Positions 25,251 through 38,839 of a stretch of DNA of 64,000 bases are shown one piece after another. The DNA lies in assembly GCF_004010195.1 (NCBI RefSeq), contig NC_057728.1, positions 54,040,710-54,104,709 on the forward strand, given 5' to 3'. A program made the position numbers and the translations under genes. The DNA is from Chiloscyllium plagiosum (taxonomy: Eukaryota). Within the stretch, counting starts at the first letter, position 1. The number at the start of each line of letters is the position of its first letter. Below the pieces are notes generated by a model that did no database searches, was not told where the DNA came from, and worked only from the letters and a program-made list of their open reading frames with translations.

Positions 25251-26164
25251 CTGGCCCCACCCAGAGGGCAGTTACAAGTCAGGCAGGTTCATTTGGATTC
25301 CCATGTAGGCCCAGACCAGGTAATGGTAGTGAGTTTGCTTCCTAAAGGGACATTAATGAAGTAAAGGCACCATAATTCAAGTAGACCATAGGGCTGTTCT
25401 CCCATTATAGACAGTCAACTAGTAGAGGTTTTACCTGAGGGACAACTTTCATGGTAACCTCAGCTGGTGTAGGAACTGAACCGGCAATCTGACAGCTCCA
25501 TCATTACATCTACTGATGTTTTTGTTCCAGAACCCAGATTCTCCAGATGCTTGGGAATTTGAACTAGCCTCTGAACTGCTAAACCCAGACCATGATGATG
25601 CCACAGAATTACTTCAAGCTGAAGAACCCATTCTAGAGACCAACTACATGGAAATAATCCAGAAGAAACAGCCAATTCAGTCTCACTTGTCCATGGTGTT
25701 TGTCCACCTCATAGTCCAAATTGTTTGTACTTATTTTATTCCAATACTATTTACTTCCCAATTTCTCAAAGCCACAGTCTGACTATCTAACCTCTTCTTC
25801 AATGTTGACATATGATTGAATTTTCCTGTTGTCTCCACCAAAATCCTGAAGTCAGTCTCCATTCTGGTTCCAGAACCTAGAGGTGGCCATGCCAGAGAAT
25901 CCTCTGAAGTCAGGATTCTGGCGATGATGAATGGGACATTAGCTGTAGTATGATTCCATGAGCATGACTCTGTCAGGCTGTTGCTTGACTAGTCTATGAG
26001 ACAGCTCTCCCAGTTTTGGCACTAGCCCCCAGATCTAGTAAGGAGGATTTAGATGTTTATCAGATTCATTTCATCCCCCCAAATCTACTCCCACAATTTT
26101 GCAAATCTTTCCACTCAGTTGTATCAGTAGCTACAAAGTGTCAACAAAGAAATGTTACTAGACA

Positions 26165-29100
26165 GAGCACCTGTGTACCAGAAAAAACAACAGCAGAAAC
26201 AGCCATGTCGACCTTGCAAAGTCCTCCTTTCCAAGATCTGGGGGCTAGTGCTAAAATTAGGAGAGCTGTCTCTTAGACTAGTCAAACAACAGCCTAACGT
26301 AGTCATACTCACAGCATCATACCTTACAGCTAATGTCCCATTCACCATCACCGTCCCTGGATATGTCCTGTCCCGTAACAGGACTGACCCAGTCGAGGTG
26401 ATGGCACAGTGATATACAGTTGGGAGGGAATTGCCCTGGAACCCATGAAGTCTCATGGCTTCAGGTTAAATGTGGGCAAGGGAATCTCCTGCTTATTATC
26501 ATGTAACATCCTCCCTCAGCTGATGAATCAGTACTCTTCCATATTGAGCAACACTTGGAGGAAGCACTGAAGTCACAAGGACAGAAAATGTATTCTGGGT
26601 GGGGATTTCAATGTCCACTACAATGAATGACTTGGCAGCAGTACTAAAGATCAAGCTGGTCAGGTCTTAAAGGACATAGTCACTAGGCTGGGTCTGCAGT
26701 ACATTGTGAGAGGACTAACAAGAGGGAAAAATATATTTGACCTCAACCATACCACTCTGCTGGCTGCAGTCACCTGCCAATGACAGTATCGGTAAGAGTG
26801 ACTACTGCACCATTGAGAATACCCTCCATCGTGTTGCATGGCGCTATCACTGTCCTAAATGGGATAGACTTTGAAGAGCTCTAGCAATTCAAGACTGGGC
26901 ATCAATGAGGTGCTGTGGGCCATCAACCGCAGCAGAATCTGCAACCTCATGGCCAGACATATCCCCCAATCAACCAATACCATAAATCATGGGGATCATC
27001 CCTGGTTCAATGGAATCTGCAGGTGGGCATGCCAGGAGCAGCACAGACATACCTAAAAATGAGGTGTCAATCTGGTGAAGCTACCAAGCAGGACTACTTG
27101 CATGCCAAACAGCATAAGCAATCCCACAGCCAACGTATCAGATCTAAGCTCTGCAGTCCTGGCACATCCAGTCGTGAATGGTGGTTGGCAATTAAACAAC
27201 TCGCTGAAGGAGGATCCTCCAGAAATCCCCCTGAAATCCCCCAGAAATATCCCCATCCTCAATAATGGAAGAGCCCAGAGATCAGCCAGAAGTGCTGAGT
27301 GAATGTTCTATCTCAGGGTCCTCGAGTCGTCCCCAACATCACAGATACCAGACTTCAGCCAATTCGATCCACTTACCTGATATTAGGAAATGATTAGAGA
27401 CACTGGATACTGCAAAAGCTATGGGCCCTGATAACATTCCAGCAGTAGTACTAAGGACTTGTGCTCCAGAATCTGTTGCTTCCTGAGCCAAGTTGTTCCA
27501 GTATAGTTACAACACTGGCATCTATATACAATAATGTGGAAAATTGCCCAGGTACATCCTCTACACAAAAAAGGAGGACAAATCCAACCCAGCCAATTAA
27601 CATTCCATCAGTCTATTGTTGATATCAGTAAAGTGATGGAAGGCATCATTAACAGTGCTATCCAGCAGCACCTGCTCAGCAATAACCTGCTCAGTGATGC
27701 CCTGGGTTCTACCAGGGCCACTCAGCTCCTGACCTCAATACAACCTTGGTTCAAACATGGACACAACAGCTGAATTATAGAGGTGAGGTCAGAATGACAG
27801 TTTTTCACATCAAGGCGCTCGCACAAAACTGCAATCAATGGGAATCAGGGGCAACCTCTCCCTTGGTCAGAGTTATACCTGACAAATAGTCGCGGTTATT
27901 AGATGTCAGTCATCTCAGCTCCAGAACACCTCTGCAGGAGTTCCTATTGGTAGTGATGGTAGTGTTCTAGGCCCAACCATCTTCAGCTGCTTCATCAATT
28001 ACCTTCCCTTCATCATAAGGTCAGAAGTTGGGATGTTCGCTGATGATGACACAATGTTCAGCATCATTCACAACTCCTCAGATACTAAAGCAATCTATGT
28101 TCAAATGCAACAGCATTTACATAATATTCAGGCTTGGGCTGACAAGTGGCAATAACATTCATGCAACAGAGGTGCCAGGTTATGACCATCTCCAATCGGA
28201 GACAATCTAACCACTGCCCCTTGACATTCAATGGTGTTACCATCAATAAATCCCCCACTATCAACATCCTGGGGTTACCATTGACCAGAAATTTAATTAG
28301 ACTTGCCATATAAACACAATGACTACAAGAACAGGTCAGAGGTTAGGAATACTGCAGCACGTAATATACCTCCTGATTCCCCAAAGCCTGTCCACCATGT
28401 ACAAGGCATAAGTATGATGGATAACTCTCCATCTTTCTGGATGGGTGCAAGTCCAACAACAGTCAAGAAGCTTGACATCATCCAGGAAAGAGCAGCAGTT
28501 TGACTGGCATTACATCACCGTGGGGCGGCACGGTGGCTCAGTGGTTAGCACTGCTGCCTCACAACGCCAGGGACCCAGGTTCAATTCCAGCCTCAGGTGA
28601 CTCTCTGTGTGGAGTTTGCATATTCTCTCCGTGTCTGCGTGGGATTCCTTCCACAATCATAAAGATGCGCAAGTTGGGTGAATTGGCCACGCTAAATTGC
28701 CCATAGTATTCAGGGGTGTGTAGTTAGTCTGGGGTAAATGTAGGGGAATGGGTTTGGGTGAGTTACTGTTCGGAGCGTGCGGGTGGACTTGTTGGGCTGA
28801 ATGGCCTGTGTCCACACTGTATGGATTCTATGTTTCACAAGCATCCACTCCCTCCACCACGAATGCTCAGTAGCAGCAGTGTGTATACCAACAAGATGCA
28901 CTGCAGAAAGTCACCAAGGGTCCAGAGATAGTACCTTCCAAAGCCATGACCACATTCATCTAGAAGGACAAGGGCAGCAGATATATAAGAACACCTACAG
29001 ATTCCCCTCCAAGGCATTCACCATCCTGACTTGGAAATATACCACCATTTCTTCACTGTCGCTGGGTCAAAATCCTGGAAATCCCTCCCTAAGGATATTG

Positions 29101-29233
29101 TGGATCCACCTACAATATGTGGACTGCACTCATTCAAGAAGGCAGCTCAACACGACCTTTTCAAGTGTAACTACGGACAGGCAATAAATGTTGGCCCAGA
29201 CAGCGTTGCCTATGCCCCATGAGTGAATAAAGA
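26165..29233 (+). mobile_element. Decayed CR1-group LINE, second family (LINE-B), APE + RT
   Basis: IWGLVLKLGELSLRLVKQQPNVVILT (APE start), gdfnvh-like motif near 26600, WKIAQVHPLHKKG, ISKVMEGIIN, LGPTIFSCFIN and MFADD near 27965-28050; tail ggcaataaatgttggcc...gagtgaataaagaa. Interrupted by an HE1 SINE. Confidence 0.85.
28522..28832 (+). mobile_element. HE1-type SINE nested in LINE-B
   Basis: ggggcggcacggtggctcagtggttagc head, GGTTCAATTCC B box, ccacactgtatggattctatg tail; LINE-B sequence resumes after it. Confidence 0.9.
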
Positions 29234-31926
29234 ATGACTAACATTGTGAAGGGGACACCTAGCACCAATGGCTTACAACAGATGCTGAATCCTCACATTC
29301 CACCAGTTGAGTGTTGGAGTGAGCGGGAGGGGGCAATGATACACTGCAAAATACAACAATGAGGGCTCCTCCAGCCTGGAGACCTTTCTGCCAACTGGAT
29401 GATCCCAGCAGTGCCATCACCTTTTGTCCTGTTGGCACAACACTGGGTCTAATTGCCATTGACTGGTCACATCTGTAGCATTAATCCATCTTCTAGCAGG
29501 ATGCATCAAAAACAGAAACCCATTGGGTAGCTGATCCAACCTGTTCATTTCAAACTTTCCACACCTTCCCGCCTCCAAACACACCTCTTTGGAACTGGGA
29601 GAATTCACAACAGTAATCTAAATTTCAGCCATTTACTCTGGTAGATCATTCTCCATGGTCACAGCCTTCCATCTAAGTGTTTCTCCTAGACTCTGCCCGA
29701 GATCTCACATATCAGTGCCCACATTTGTCAAGACTTCTCAGTTACTGTAGATGGTTACCTCATGCCACAGGTATTTTGTAAGAAAAAAGGGGTTACTTGA
29801 GCAGTGAATGCTTCTTGAATTCACCATGCAGTCAGAGAGACAAATCACCAGGCAACCATCAAGCTGATGGTGTTGTCCTGAAGGCAGCTTCGAGAGCACA
29901 GGCAATACAAGGCCATCCACAAGGGGCAGGAAGAGTGTGAAGCCAAAATTACTGATGGTGTACTTGGAGATTGAGGCCCTCAGCCTCTGGAGAGGTACCC
30001 ACTTTCTAATATCAAATCTTTTCTTTGACTAGGTGATTCTAGCTCATTTTTAGTATTGCAGCAAATCCACAACCCAAATTGTTCTCTCTCAGGATGTGCC
30101 ATTTTAGACATCAGTCACTATTGCAAGCAAACTCAATTTAAAGCATGTGATAGAGCAACTTCATTCATTCTGAAGGGACCCAGCATCCAGGACTCACTAT
30201 TTTGCCCCTAAGCCTTTTCTATTTCTTTACCACAGCTGGGGAAGGTTTGCTCACGCACCATGTGTTTATAAACTGGTTCTTCATTAATCACTTTACAGCT
30301 TCAGTCGCACAATTTGCACAAAAGCAAGTTGTCATTGCAGAGATTTAATTATAATAAGAGCTATTTTGCCTTGGCAAGGGAGTTCTCCCCAGCGTTGCTC
30401 ACTATAGCCCTTTCTACCCTTTCACCCTCACCCCGGAAGAAATGCAAACAGCAGCAGGCACTCATGCACCCTCCCTCATTTCTGTACTCTCATCAGCTTT
30501 GGTTAGAAGATTCACCTCCTGACTCTCACAGCCCATAAATGAATTTTGAAAAATACCTACAACGCCATAGGCATTTGTCTTGTTAAGTAGTCTTGCATGT
30601 GGTACCTTACTGAACGTCTTTTAAAAATCTAAATATATTACATCAACTGATTCCCCTTTATCTGTCCTGCTTATTATCTCCTTAAAGAATTTTAATAAAT
30701 TTGTTATGATCTCCCCTTCCTGAAGCCATGCTGGCAGTGCTGGATTATATTACACATTTCTGAATACTCAGTTTGGACCTTATCCACATGTTGTTATCTT
30801 CACTTTGCCCACCAAATCCCCTTATAATTGTAGATGCCTCTATAAGGTGACCCCTCAACCTTTAGATACAATAGATTTCCAGCCTATTCAGTCTTTTCCT
30901 GAATGTTTTGTCCATATTTAAATGTTGTTCAAGTTCACTCCTTGAGAGTACTAATCATCAAGTACCACAGTCAGCTGACACTGTACATTCCAAAACCTCA
31001 AGTTGTGATGACTCATAGCTTGATTGGCTGTAGGCAAGTTCTGTCACCCTCTTCCTGACAATGCAACCAAGGTCAAATAGACCTTTGTTTGTGCTGCATT
31101 ATAAATTGATAAGCAAGATCTGTCCCATTCACCCTCCAGCTCCAGACTGCTAATGTTCCAGCCATGTGAACTGATGTGCGCTTCATCAAATACAATTTCA
31201 GCAGTGTGACCCTGAAAGATAGAAGAATTTCAAAGCAGTCCCATTTTACAACGTGTTCCGTGGGTACAGAGATAGTGGAAGACATAAAGGCAGCTTATGG
31301 TTATTTAAATGTGCTTCACTCTGTACATTGCTTGTTCTTCATCAGGTGGGCATGACAGATACATCCCATGTGTAGGGTGTGTCCACCACTGACTGGCATG
31401 CTTTCTGGAAAAAGCCCCAAAAGGCCACCATGAAAAGGTCATTGAAAGGTCCGAGCACAATTATGAGCTTTTTCAATGGACATCCTCGACTGAGGGAAAT
31501 AGTCAGAAACCAATGGATTTTCCATACAGTCACCAAACTGTACCAAATCATTTCTCACCTCGGAGCAGCACAGTTTGGTTTAAGAATGAGAATTTAGGAG
31601 ATTTATTCATCAGCCATATTGGTAACCTGTAAGTTAGGTTACCAATCTTACAGCAATACATAGAATTAACCACCCAGAAGAAAATGTTATTTGGTCCAAC
31701 TGACACATACTGGTATCCATGCATCACACCCACTACTTCCTCTCATTCAATCAGCATGTTCTTCCATTGTTTTCCTCCTGAAGTTCTTATCTAGCTTCAC
31801 TTTAAATGTACCAATACTATTCACCTCAATTACTCCCTTTGACAGTGTGTTCCATGTTCTCGTTACTTGATGATAAATAATGTTTCTCCCGAAGTCCTTA
31901 TTGGATTTATTGACTATTTTATATTC

Positions 31927-33143
31927 TACTACAAACCCACAGACCTCCCACAGCAACCTGGACTACACCACTTCTCACCCTGCCTCCTGTAAAAATGCCA
32001 TCCCTTATTCCTAATTGCTCCGCCTTTGCCACATCTGTTCCCAGGATGACCAATTCCACAATAGAAAATTCCAGATTACCTTGTTCTTCAAACACCGCAA
32101 TTTCCCCTTCTACAAGGTCGACAGTGCCCTCAGCACATCTCCTCCACTTTCCAAATCTCTGCCCTTGAACCCCCACCCTCCCAACGCACCAAGGACAGAA
32201 CCCCCTGGTCCTCATCTTTCACCCCACCAACCTCCGCATACATCGCATCATCCTCCGCCACTTCTGCCACCAACAAACTGACCCCAACACTAGGGATATA
32301 TTTCCCTCCCCTCCCCTATCAGCGCTTCGGAGAGACCATTCCCTTCACGACTCCTTTGTCAGGTCAATGCCCCCTACCAACCCACCCCCTTCCACTCCGG
32401 CACCTTCTTCTGCCATTGCAAGAAGAGCAAAACCTGCGCTCACACCTCCCCCCTCACCGCCGTCCAAGGCCCCATATGATTTTTCCACATCCGACAGAAA
32501 TGTATCTGTACCTCCACAAATGAAATCTACTGTATCCGTTGCACTCGATGTGGTCTCTGCATCAGGGAGACAGGACACCTACTTGCGGATCATTTCAGAG
32601 AACATCTCCGGGACACCCGCACTAACCAACCCCACCGCCCCGTGGCTAAACACTTCAACTCCCCCTCCCACTCCACCAAGGACATACAGGTCCTGGGCCT
32701 CCTCCATAACCAAACCCTGGAGCCTGGAGGAAGAATGTCTCACCTTTTGCCTTGGAACCCTGCAACCAAACAGGATTAATGTGGATTTCACCAGTTTCCT
32801 CATTTCCCCTCCCCCCCACCTTATCCCAATTCCAAGCCTCCAACTCCACACCACCCTCTTGACCTGTCCATCGTCTTTTCCATCTATCTGTTCCATCCTC
32901 CTCTCCGACCTATCACGTTCTCTCCCACCTTCATCTACCTATTGCATTCCCAGCTACCTTCCCCCCAGCCCCACACCCCTTCCCATTTATCTCTCAACCC
33001 CCACCCACAAGCCTCATTCCCGATGGAGGGCTTATGCCCGAAATGTCGATTCTCCTGCTCCTTGGATGCTGCCTGATCTGCTGAGCTTTTCCAGCACCAC
33101 ACTCTCGACTCTGATCTCTAGCATCTGCAGTCCTCCCTTTCTC
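31927..33143 (+). mobile_element. 5'-truncated Penelope-like element (RT thumb + GIY-YIG endonuclease + terminal repeat)
   Basis: YYKPTD..LDYTTSHPASCKNAIPYS*LLRLCHICSQ, then STNEIYCIRCTRCG...HFREHLRDTRTNQPHRPVAKHFNSPSHS and LTFCLGTLQPNRIN. Mutated hammerhead at about 33016-33052. Perfect 13-bp TSD ctattttatattc at 31914-31926 and 33144-33156. Confidence 0.92.
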
Positions 33144-34652
33144 CTATTTTATATTCATGTCTCAATGAATTGAACTTCCCCACCAATGGAAACATCCACT
33201 CTCCATCAGCTTGATAAAGTACTGTCATTGTTTCATTGGCCTCTATTAGGTCACCTCTCTGTCCAGCATATAAGAAATAGGGGCAGGAGTAAGATACCTG
33301 GAAACTCGTATAATCCCTTGTCTGGCCAATGACCTCAGCTCCAAGTTGCTGTCTTGTTTCCAAATCCCTTGATTTCCCTTACCCTTTCTTTTCTTGGGAA
33401 TAGAGCCTGTTGAGGATGTGGAAGGATAGATTGGGAAGTGGGAAGAGTAACACATGTCACCGACATGATTTCACCAGTCTAAGCACACTTTTATCATTTC
33501 AAGAAATGAGAAAAACAAGCAAGCCTGAAGCTACTATTCAATCTGAGTCAGAAATTGCTGCCTTGCGCATATGGCTATGTATTTTTTTTTGTAGATTAGT
33601 TGGCATAACAACAGAGTGCAGCCGGAGACAAATGTAAGCAGGACAGATGTCTCTCAATTTCGAATCTTATGGTTGCTGGGTACACATTTACTTTGCAGTA
33701 ATTGCATTGAAGGTTTTTAGAACACATTTTTTCCATTAAAACAGATCGGCCACAATCAAAATACCTGTTCCTACTTCCCAGTGTTGGTTAAATAATTAAA
33801 TCTACCTAAGAGAAAAGAATTAAATATTTACTCTGACGTACAGAATGACAGTACCATCACTGGGTTTTGCTTGTTTGGTTGTTTGTGTTTTGCTTTTATA
33901 AAATGAAATTAAGAGACAGAATGTCAGAAAACATTATCGTAAGTTGAGATGTTATTTTCTGATTGGCCTGTGGTCAGTGATATATTGTCCTTTCTTATGG
34001 CACTGGGGGAATATTATGTCAGCAGTAGACTTCATTTATTACCTCAGTGCGTGCATTGCTTTGTCTGTGCTTTCCTCAAAGTCACGACTTCCCTGTTTAT
34101 GACACTGGTAGCAAGAGGCTATGACAATAGCTGGAGATTGAAGTGAATGGCGATGACTGCATGCCGGTGCCCTGTGATGTCAACTGAAAATGACGCACTG
34201 CACAAAACATTCCTTTCACAAGATTGCAAGACCATTAGTGGATCAATACAGCTAAAAGTTAATGAGGCTATAAAATTGGTTTCCTTCAGCAGTTCTCAGT
34301 CAACCCTTGTATATAAAAACTCCAGGTAAAACCGATCGATGTTCAGAGTCTATGCTTTGTCTTCAATGGTTACACGCCAGCAGAAAAGTACTTTGCTTTT
34401 GAACTGATATAAACATGAATGTTCCAGAGGGTTTTGTAGCCTGTGAAAGTTGGTGCTGAGTTGATGATGGCTAACATTAGGGGCGAGTATGTTTCAAGTT
34501 TTCAAGAAGTGGTCAGATACAGCCCTTGGAGTGAAAAAGGTCAAAGGATATTGAGGGAGAAGCAGGAACAGGCTATTGAGTTGAATGATCATTCATGAGT
34601 ATAATGAATGGTGGAGCAAGCTCGAAGGGCCGAATGGTCTACTCCTGCTCCT

Positions 34653-35048
34653 TGTAATGAGGTCAGCCAGCTGGACTTCACAGAATGAGTTCCCTGATTA
34701 GGTCTATTAATCTGGTCCAATCAGAGATATATGGTTAAGATAAAAGGATGAATAGAGGAGTCAACATTTCAGGTCAGAACCTTTCATCAGGAAAGATTCT
34801 GATCGAACCATTGACTCTCCTGCTCCTCTGATTATGCTTGACCTGCTGTGCTTTTTCCGGCTCCACACTTCATCGACTCTGACTTTCCAGCATCTGCAGT
34901 CCTCACTATCTCCATAAAAGGACAAATGTCAAATATATTGGTCTCAGAATGCATGACTCAGCGAGAGGCAATGCTATTATCAAAGGCTATGCATTTGTAA
35001 ATAAATGGTGATTGGTGTCGGGATGCCGGCCTCCGAAGAGTTGTTTCA
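34653..35048 (+). mobile_element. Solo LTR with nested PLE fragment
   Basis: TGTAAT...TTTCA ends, 5-bp TSD ctcct (34648-34652, 35049-35053), internal AATAAA; related to 51023-51250(-). Confidence 0.8.
34749..34913. mobile_element. Fold-back PLE terminal-repeat insertion
   Basis: Minus-strand hammerhead-like piece (cctgatgaaaggttctgacctgaaatg) joined to a plus-strand 3' flank; 9-bp TSD ataaaagga (34740-34748, 34914-34922). Confidence 0.75.
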
Positions 35049-35595
35049 CTCCTGTTTTTCTCATTTTCTAAGTTCTGGTTTGAAATTTTGGATGTCAGAA
35101 TGATACACAATAAAAGCACAAACAAGGATTGAGCTTCACTCTGTAAAATCAGCATTGACATGAATAATTAGATGTAGCAATAGAGGTTGGAGACCTTACC
35201 ACCTTGTCAATTCTGACAGCTTCACAAGGGTCAGCCACTGGGTAACAGAGGTACCATCCTGAAGCAAACAATAATTTTCCTGTCTGTGCAAATTGAAGTT
35301 CTAATAGGCACCAGAGGAGGTTATTCAGCCCATTGAGACTTTCCCACTTTTCAGTGGAGAATCCTTCTTTAAGGAGGTGTTGAATTACTATCTCTCTGTC
35401 CTCTCAGGAGGCCATTAGTGAGTCTGTGGCACTGATTAAAGAAGAGCAGAGTTCTCCCCCAGTGGATGTGCCAACATTTGTCCTTCACACTGGTTTTCTG
35501 CAGATCTACAAATCTGCCATTAGAGTAAAATACTCAGAGAGTGCAAGAAAGCAGGCAGAGTTTGGTGTTGCTGACCTGGGTCCCACTGTCCAGTT

Positions 35596-35930
35596 TGATT
35601 GATTGATTTAATTATTGTCATGTGTACCGAAGTACAGTGAAAAGCTTTGTTCCAGAGCAGTACAGGCAGATCATTGTAAGCAAGGATGTACAGATCAAAA
35701 AGACTTAGACAGAGGCATTCAGGTTACATTGTACAGGACATGCATTAGGCGAGATCAACATTAGCAAGATCAACATTATTTGAGGCTAGACAGTCCATTC
35801 ATCAGTCTAATAATGGCCAGGAAGAAGCTGTTCCTGAACTTCTTGGTGTTTGTGTTCAGGCTTCCGTATCTTCTGCCTGACGGAAGAGATAGTAGGAGAT
35901 CATTACCGGGGTGTGATGGGTATTTGATTT
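35596..35930 (-). mobile_element. Rex1/Babar-type LINE 3' end
   Basis: Minus strand encodes LPSGRRYGSLNTNTKKFRNSFF; tail ttttcactgtacttcggtacacatgacaat then (aatc)n. Confidence 0.75.
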
Positions 35931-37610
35931 GCTGGCAAAGGAAATGCCAATCTCCAAAAGCTGCCAGCCAATTATGTGATCATTGGTCTAGAATGAGTAA
36001 TGGCAGGTTGGCGGGTGGGGTCGATGGTGATGTGGGAAAGAGCGGATAGGGGGCTAAGAGGCAAGGGCAGGTGGGATGACTTGCAGCGTGTCCTGGCTGA
36101 TGGTCCTTCCCATTGTTGGGTTCTATGATCAGGCACTGATGTCAGAAAAAAACGGACCGCACCACCACAGGAGGCACAGAAAGGTAGTGTGGTTCCAATT
36201 TAATCCTTGAGCCAGCAGTAAGTTGCAGAGGATAATTGGTGTGCCTGAGTGGCAGCTATCATGAGCAGGCTAGTTTCTGCCTGCGATTTACTGAGTTTCT
36301 TCCTGGAGGCTGATGAGTGGTCAGCCATGTTTCCTACTATGACAAGCTGGATTAGGTTCTGCTGATCGATGTTGCTGTCCACGAAAAATGACCACAGCAT
36401 GTACTGCCATAAAAGTGGCTTCAAGGGGCAACTAGAAGGCCCTGGACTTTCACTTCTAGTTCAAATAGAATCAATATTACCAGCATGAAATCCCCTTCTG
36501 CCAAATGACTGCAACTCTCCTGATTGAAATAGGTTTGCATTGCTTCAACCTACCTCCCTCTGAGTTGGGGCTGTACTGAGGGAGTGCTGCACTCGCAGGG
36601 GAATAGTTTTTTGTATGGCATTTTAAATCTCGATGTCCCTCTCAAGTGGGTATAAAGCTTCCCCCGATTCTATTTCAAAGAAGACCGTGCATTGTTATTA
36701 GTGGGAAAGGTTGGAGGATGGGTGGGTGGTGACAGCAGTGAAAGAAGAGGGGCACAAGTGAAATGGAGGGGGGGGTGCATGAGAAAGCAGAATGTGGTTC
36801 TCCCAGTTTCCTGACCGAAATGCATTTTGTATACATTCATTCGTGAGATGTGGGCATCACTGGCTGGGCCAGTATTTATTGCACAAGAGAGGGATGAAGA
36901 GTCAACCACTTTGCTGTGGGTCTTAAGTCACATGAGACCAAACCGACTAAGGATGGCAGATTTCCTTCCCTAAAGGACATTAGTAATCCAGCTGGGTTTG
37001 GATGACAATGTATCTATGGTCATATTTCTCCAAGATGGCAGCTGTGAGGTTGGCAGCATTCAGCTCCTGAGCGTGAGGCTCAGTGGTTCATGGCCTCATT
37101 GTTGTCCTTCCAGCTTAGTAACATTATTTCTTTCTGTTCTGGTTGCCCTGGGGCCTCTTCCTGATCTTCTCCTGAGGGATTTCAGGGCCCCATATATCTC
37201 CAATCTCCACTCCGAGTGGCGGCATTGGAAGACAAGCCAGGAGCCTGTTAGACAACTCAGAACCAGTACACCGTCGGTCGATGCGCAGCGTCGGAAGAGG
37301 TACATGATCCGCACAGTGTAACCATCTCCATTTTGGAGACGGCAAGCACAGAAGCAATGGCATCAGTGGCAGCAGAAAAGGAGCACATTGCCAGGACCCC
37401 AGGGACAATATTGGGCAGCAGTGACTAGAAGAGTGGAGAGGGTAAAGTCTACGGAGAGTTTTAGTAATATCAATTTAATATTAATTTATTCAGTATTTTA
37501 CCATTTATACAATTTGTTCAGTAATTTATTCTATAATCCAAGATGGCGCCAGAATATGGCGACAATATCCATTTTTCACAGTACCTAGGTATAAGTGACA
37601 ATGTGAAATA

Positions 37611-37965
37611 CAGAGGAACCTCAATTATCTAGCATTCGATTAACCAAACAAAATACCCCCACCCGTGACCTTCCTACAGTGTGGGAACAGGCCCTTTGGC
37701 CCAACAAGTCCACACCGACCCTCCGAAGAGTAACCCACCCAGACCCATTTCCCTCTGATTAATGCAATTTATCATGGCCAATTCACCTGACCTGCACATC
37801 TTTTGGACTGTTGGAAGAAATCGGAGCACCTAGAGGAAAGCCAAGCAGGGAGACTCCACACAGACAGTTGCCTGAGGCTGGAATCGAACCCGGGTCCCTA
37901 GCACTGTGAGGCAGCAGTGCTAACCACTGAGCCACTGAACTGCCCCAATAATTGAGATTCCTCTG
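37611..37965. mobile_element. TA-flanked MITE (Tc1/mariner, pogo/Tigger-like ends) containing an HE1 SINE
   Basis: 18-bp TIRs cagaggaacctcaattat (37611-37628) and ataattgagattcctctg (37948-37965), 17/18 match, with TA on both sides. Confidence 0.7.
37671..37946 (-). mobile_element. HE1-type SINE
   Basis: Reverse complement has TGGCTCAGTGGTTAGC and GGTTCGATTCC boxes. Confidence 0.88.
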
Positions 37966-38839
37966 TAAATCTAAATCATCATTAGACCAGCTTTTTATTC
38001 AATTCGAATGTCATCATTTGCCAAGATGGGATTCAAACCCATGCCCCCACAGCATTAGCCCAGGCTTCTGGATTACTAATCTAGTGATATTACTACGATG
38101 CTACCACCCCTCTCCCATTTACATATAATCATCACAAAAATGTTTGCCTTAACAGAATCACATGTGTGTTGGTGGGGGCTTCCTGTGTGCAAATAGCCTG
38201 CTCCACTTCCTCCATTATAACGAGTACACATATTTCCATGACTATAAATCACTATGGGATATCCTGAGGCTGGGAAAGGTGCTATACAAACTTATATTCT
38301 TTGTTTCTTTTCTTGGCCTGGGGCCTGCAGAACCAAATCATTTTCACACAAATTGTTGATTCGCTCTGAAAGGCTACAGATTAAGGAGTTTAAAAGTGTT
38401 GCATAGGTTCTGTCCAGAGGTTAGGACTGAGAAGTGTGGCTAGGGCAGAGTTTCCGTTGATTAGTTCTCATTTTTTTTCTGTGTATGAGCTTTCAAATTT
38501 GCCAAAACAGGGAATTCTATTAATGGTCACCTGCCATAGCAGGAAAAATGCTTTTAATCACATCCAATATTTCACTTCACAAATTAATTATTTACTTGCA
38601 AAGATTCTGTTCGACAAGATCAAATTACATTTCTACTCCTCACTGTTTTTTGAACTTGCCCTGCTTTGTGATTTTTCCAAGGATAACAGCTGTCTATCTA
38701 CAAAGCAACCTCACACTTCTTCATTCACAGCTCTCACTCATTTCCTGCTTGATTTTCTCAGTATTTCTCCCTTTCTTTCCCACATACTCACATTTATAAT
38801 ATACAACAAACTGCCAGTAACAACCGAGCAACTGAACAT

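Noticed and set aside
32367..33173. 268-aa Pro/Ser-rich ORF
   Set aside because: Mostly an off-frame reading of the C-rich PLE endonuclease region and terminal repeat.
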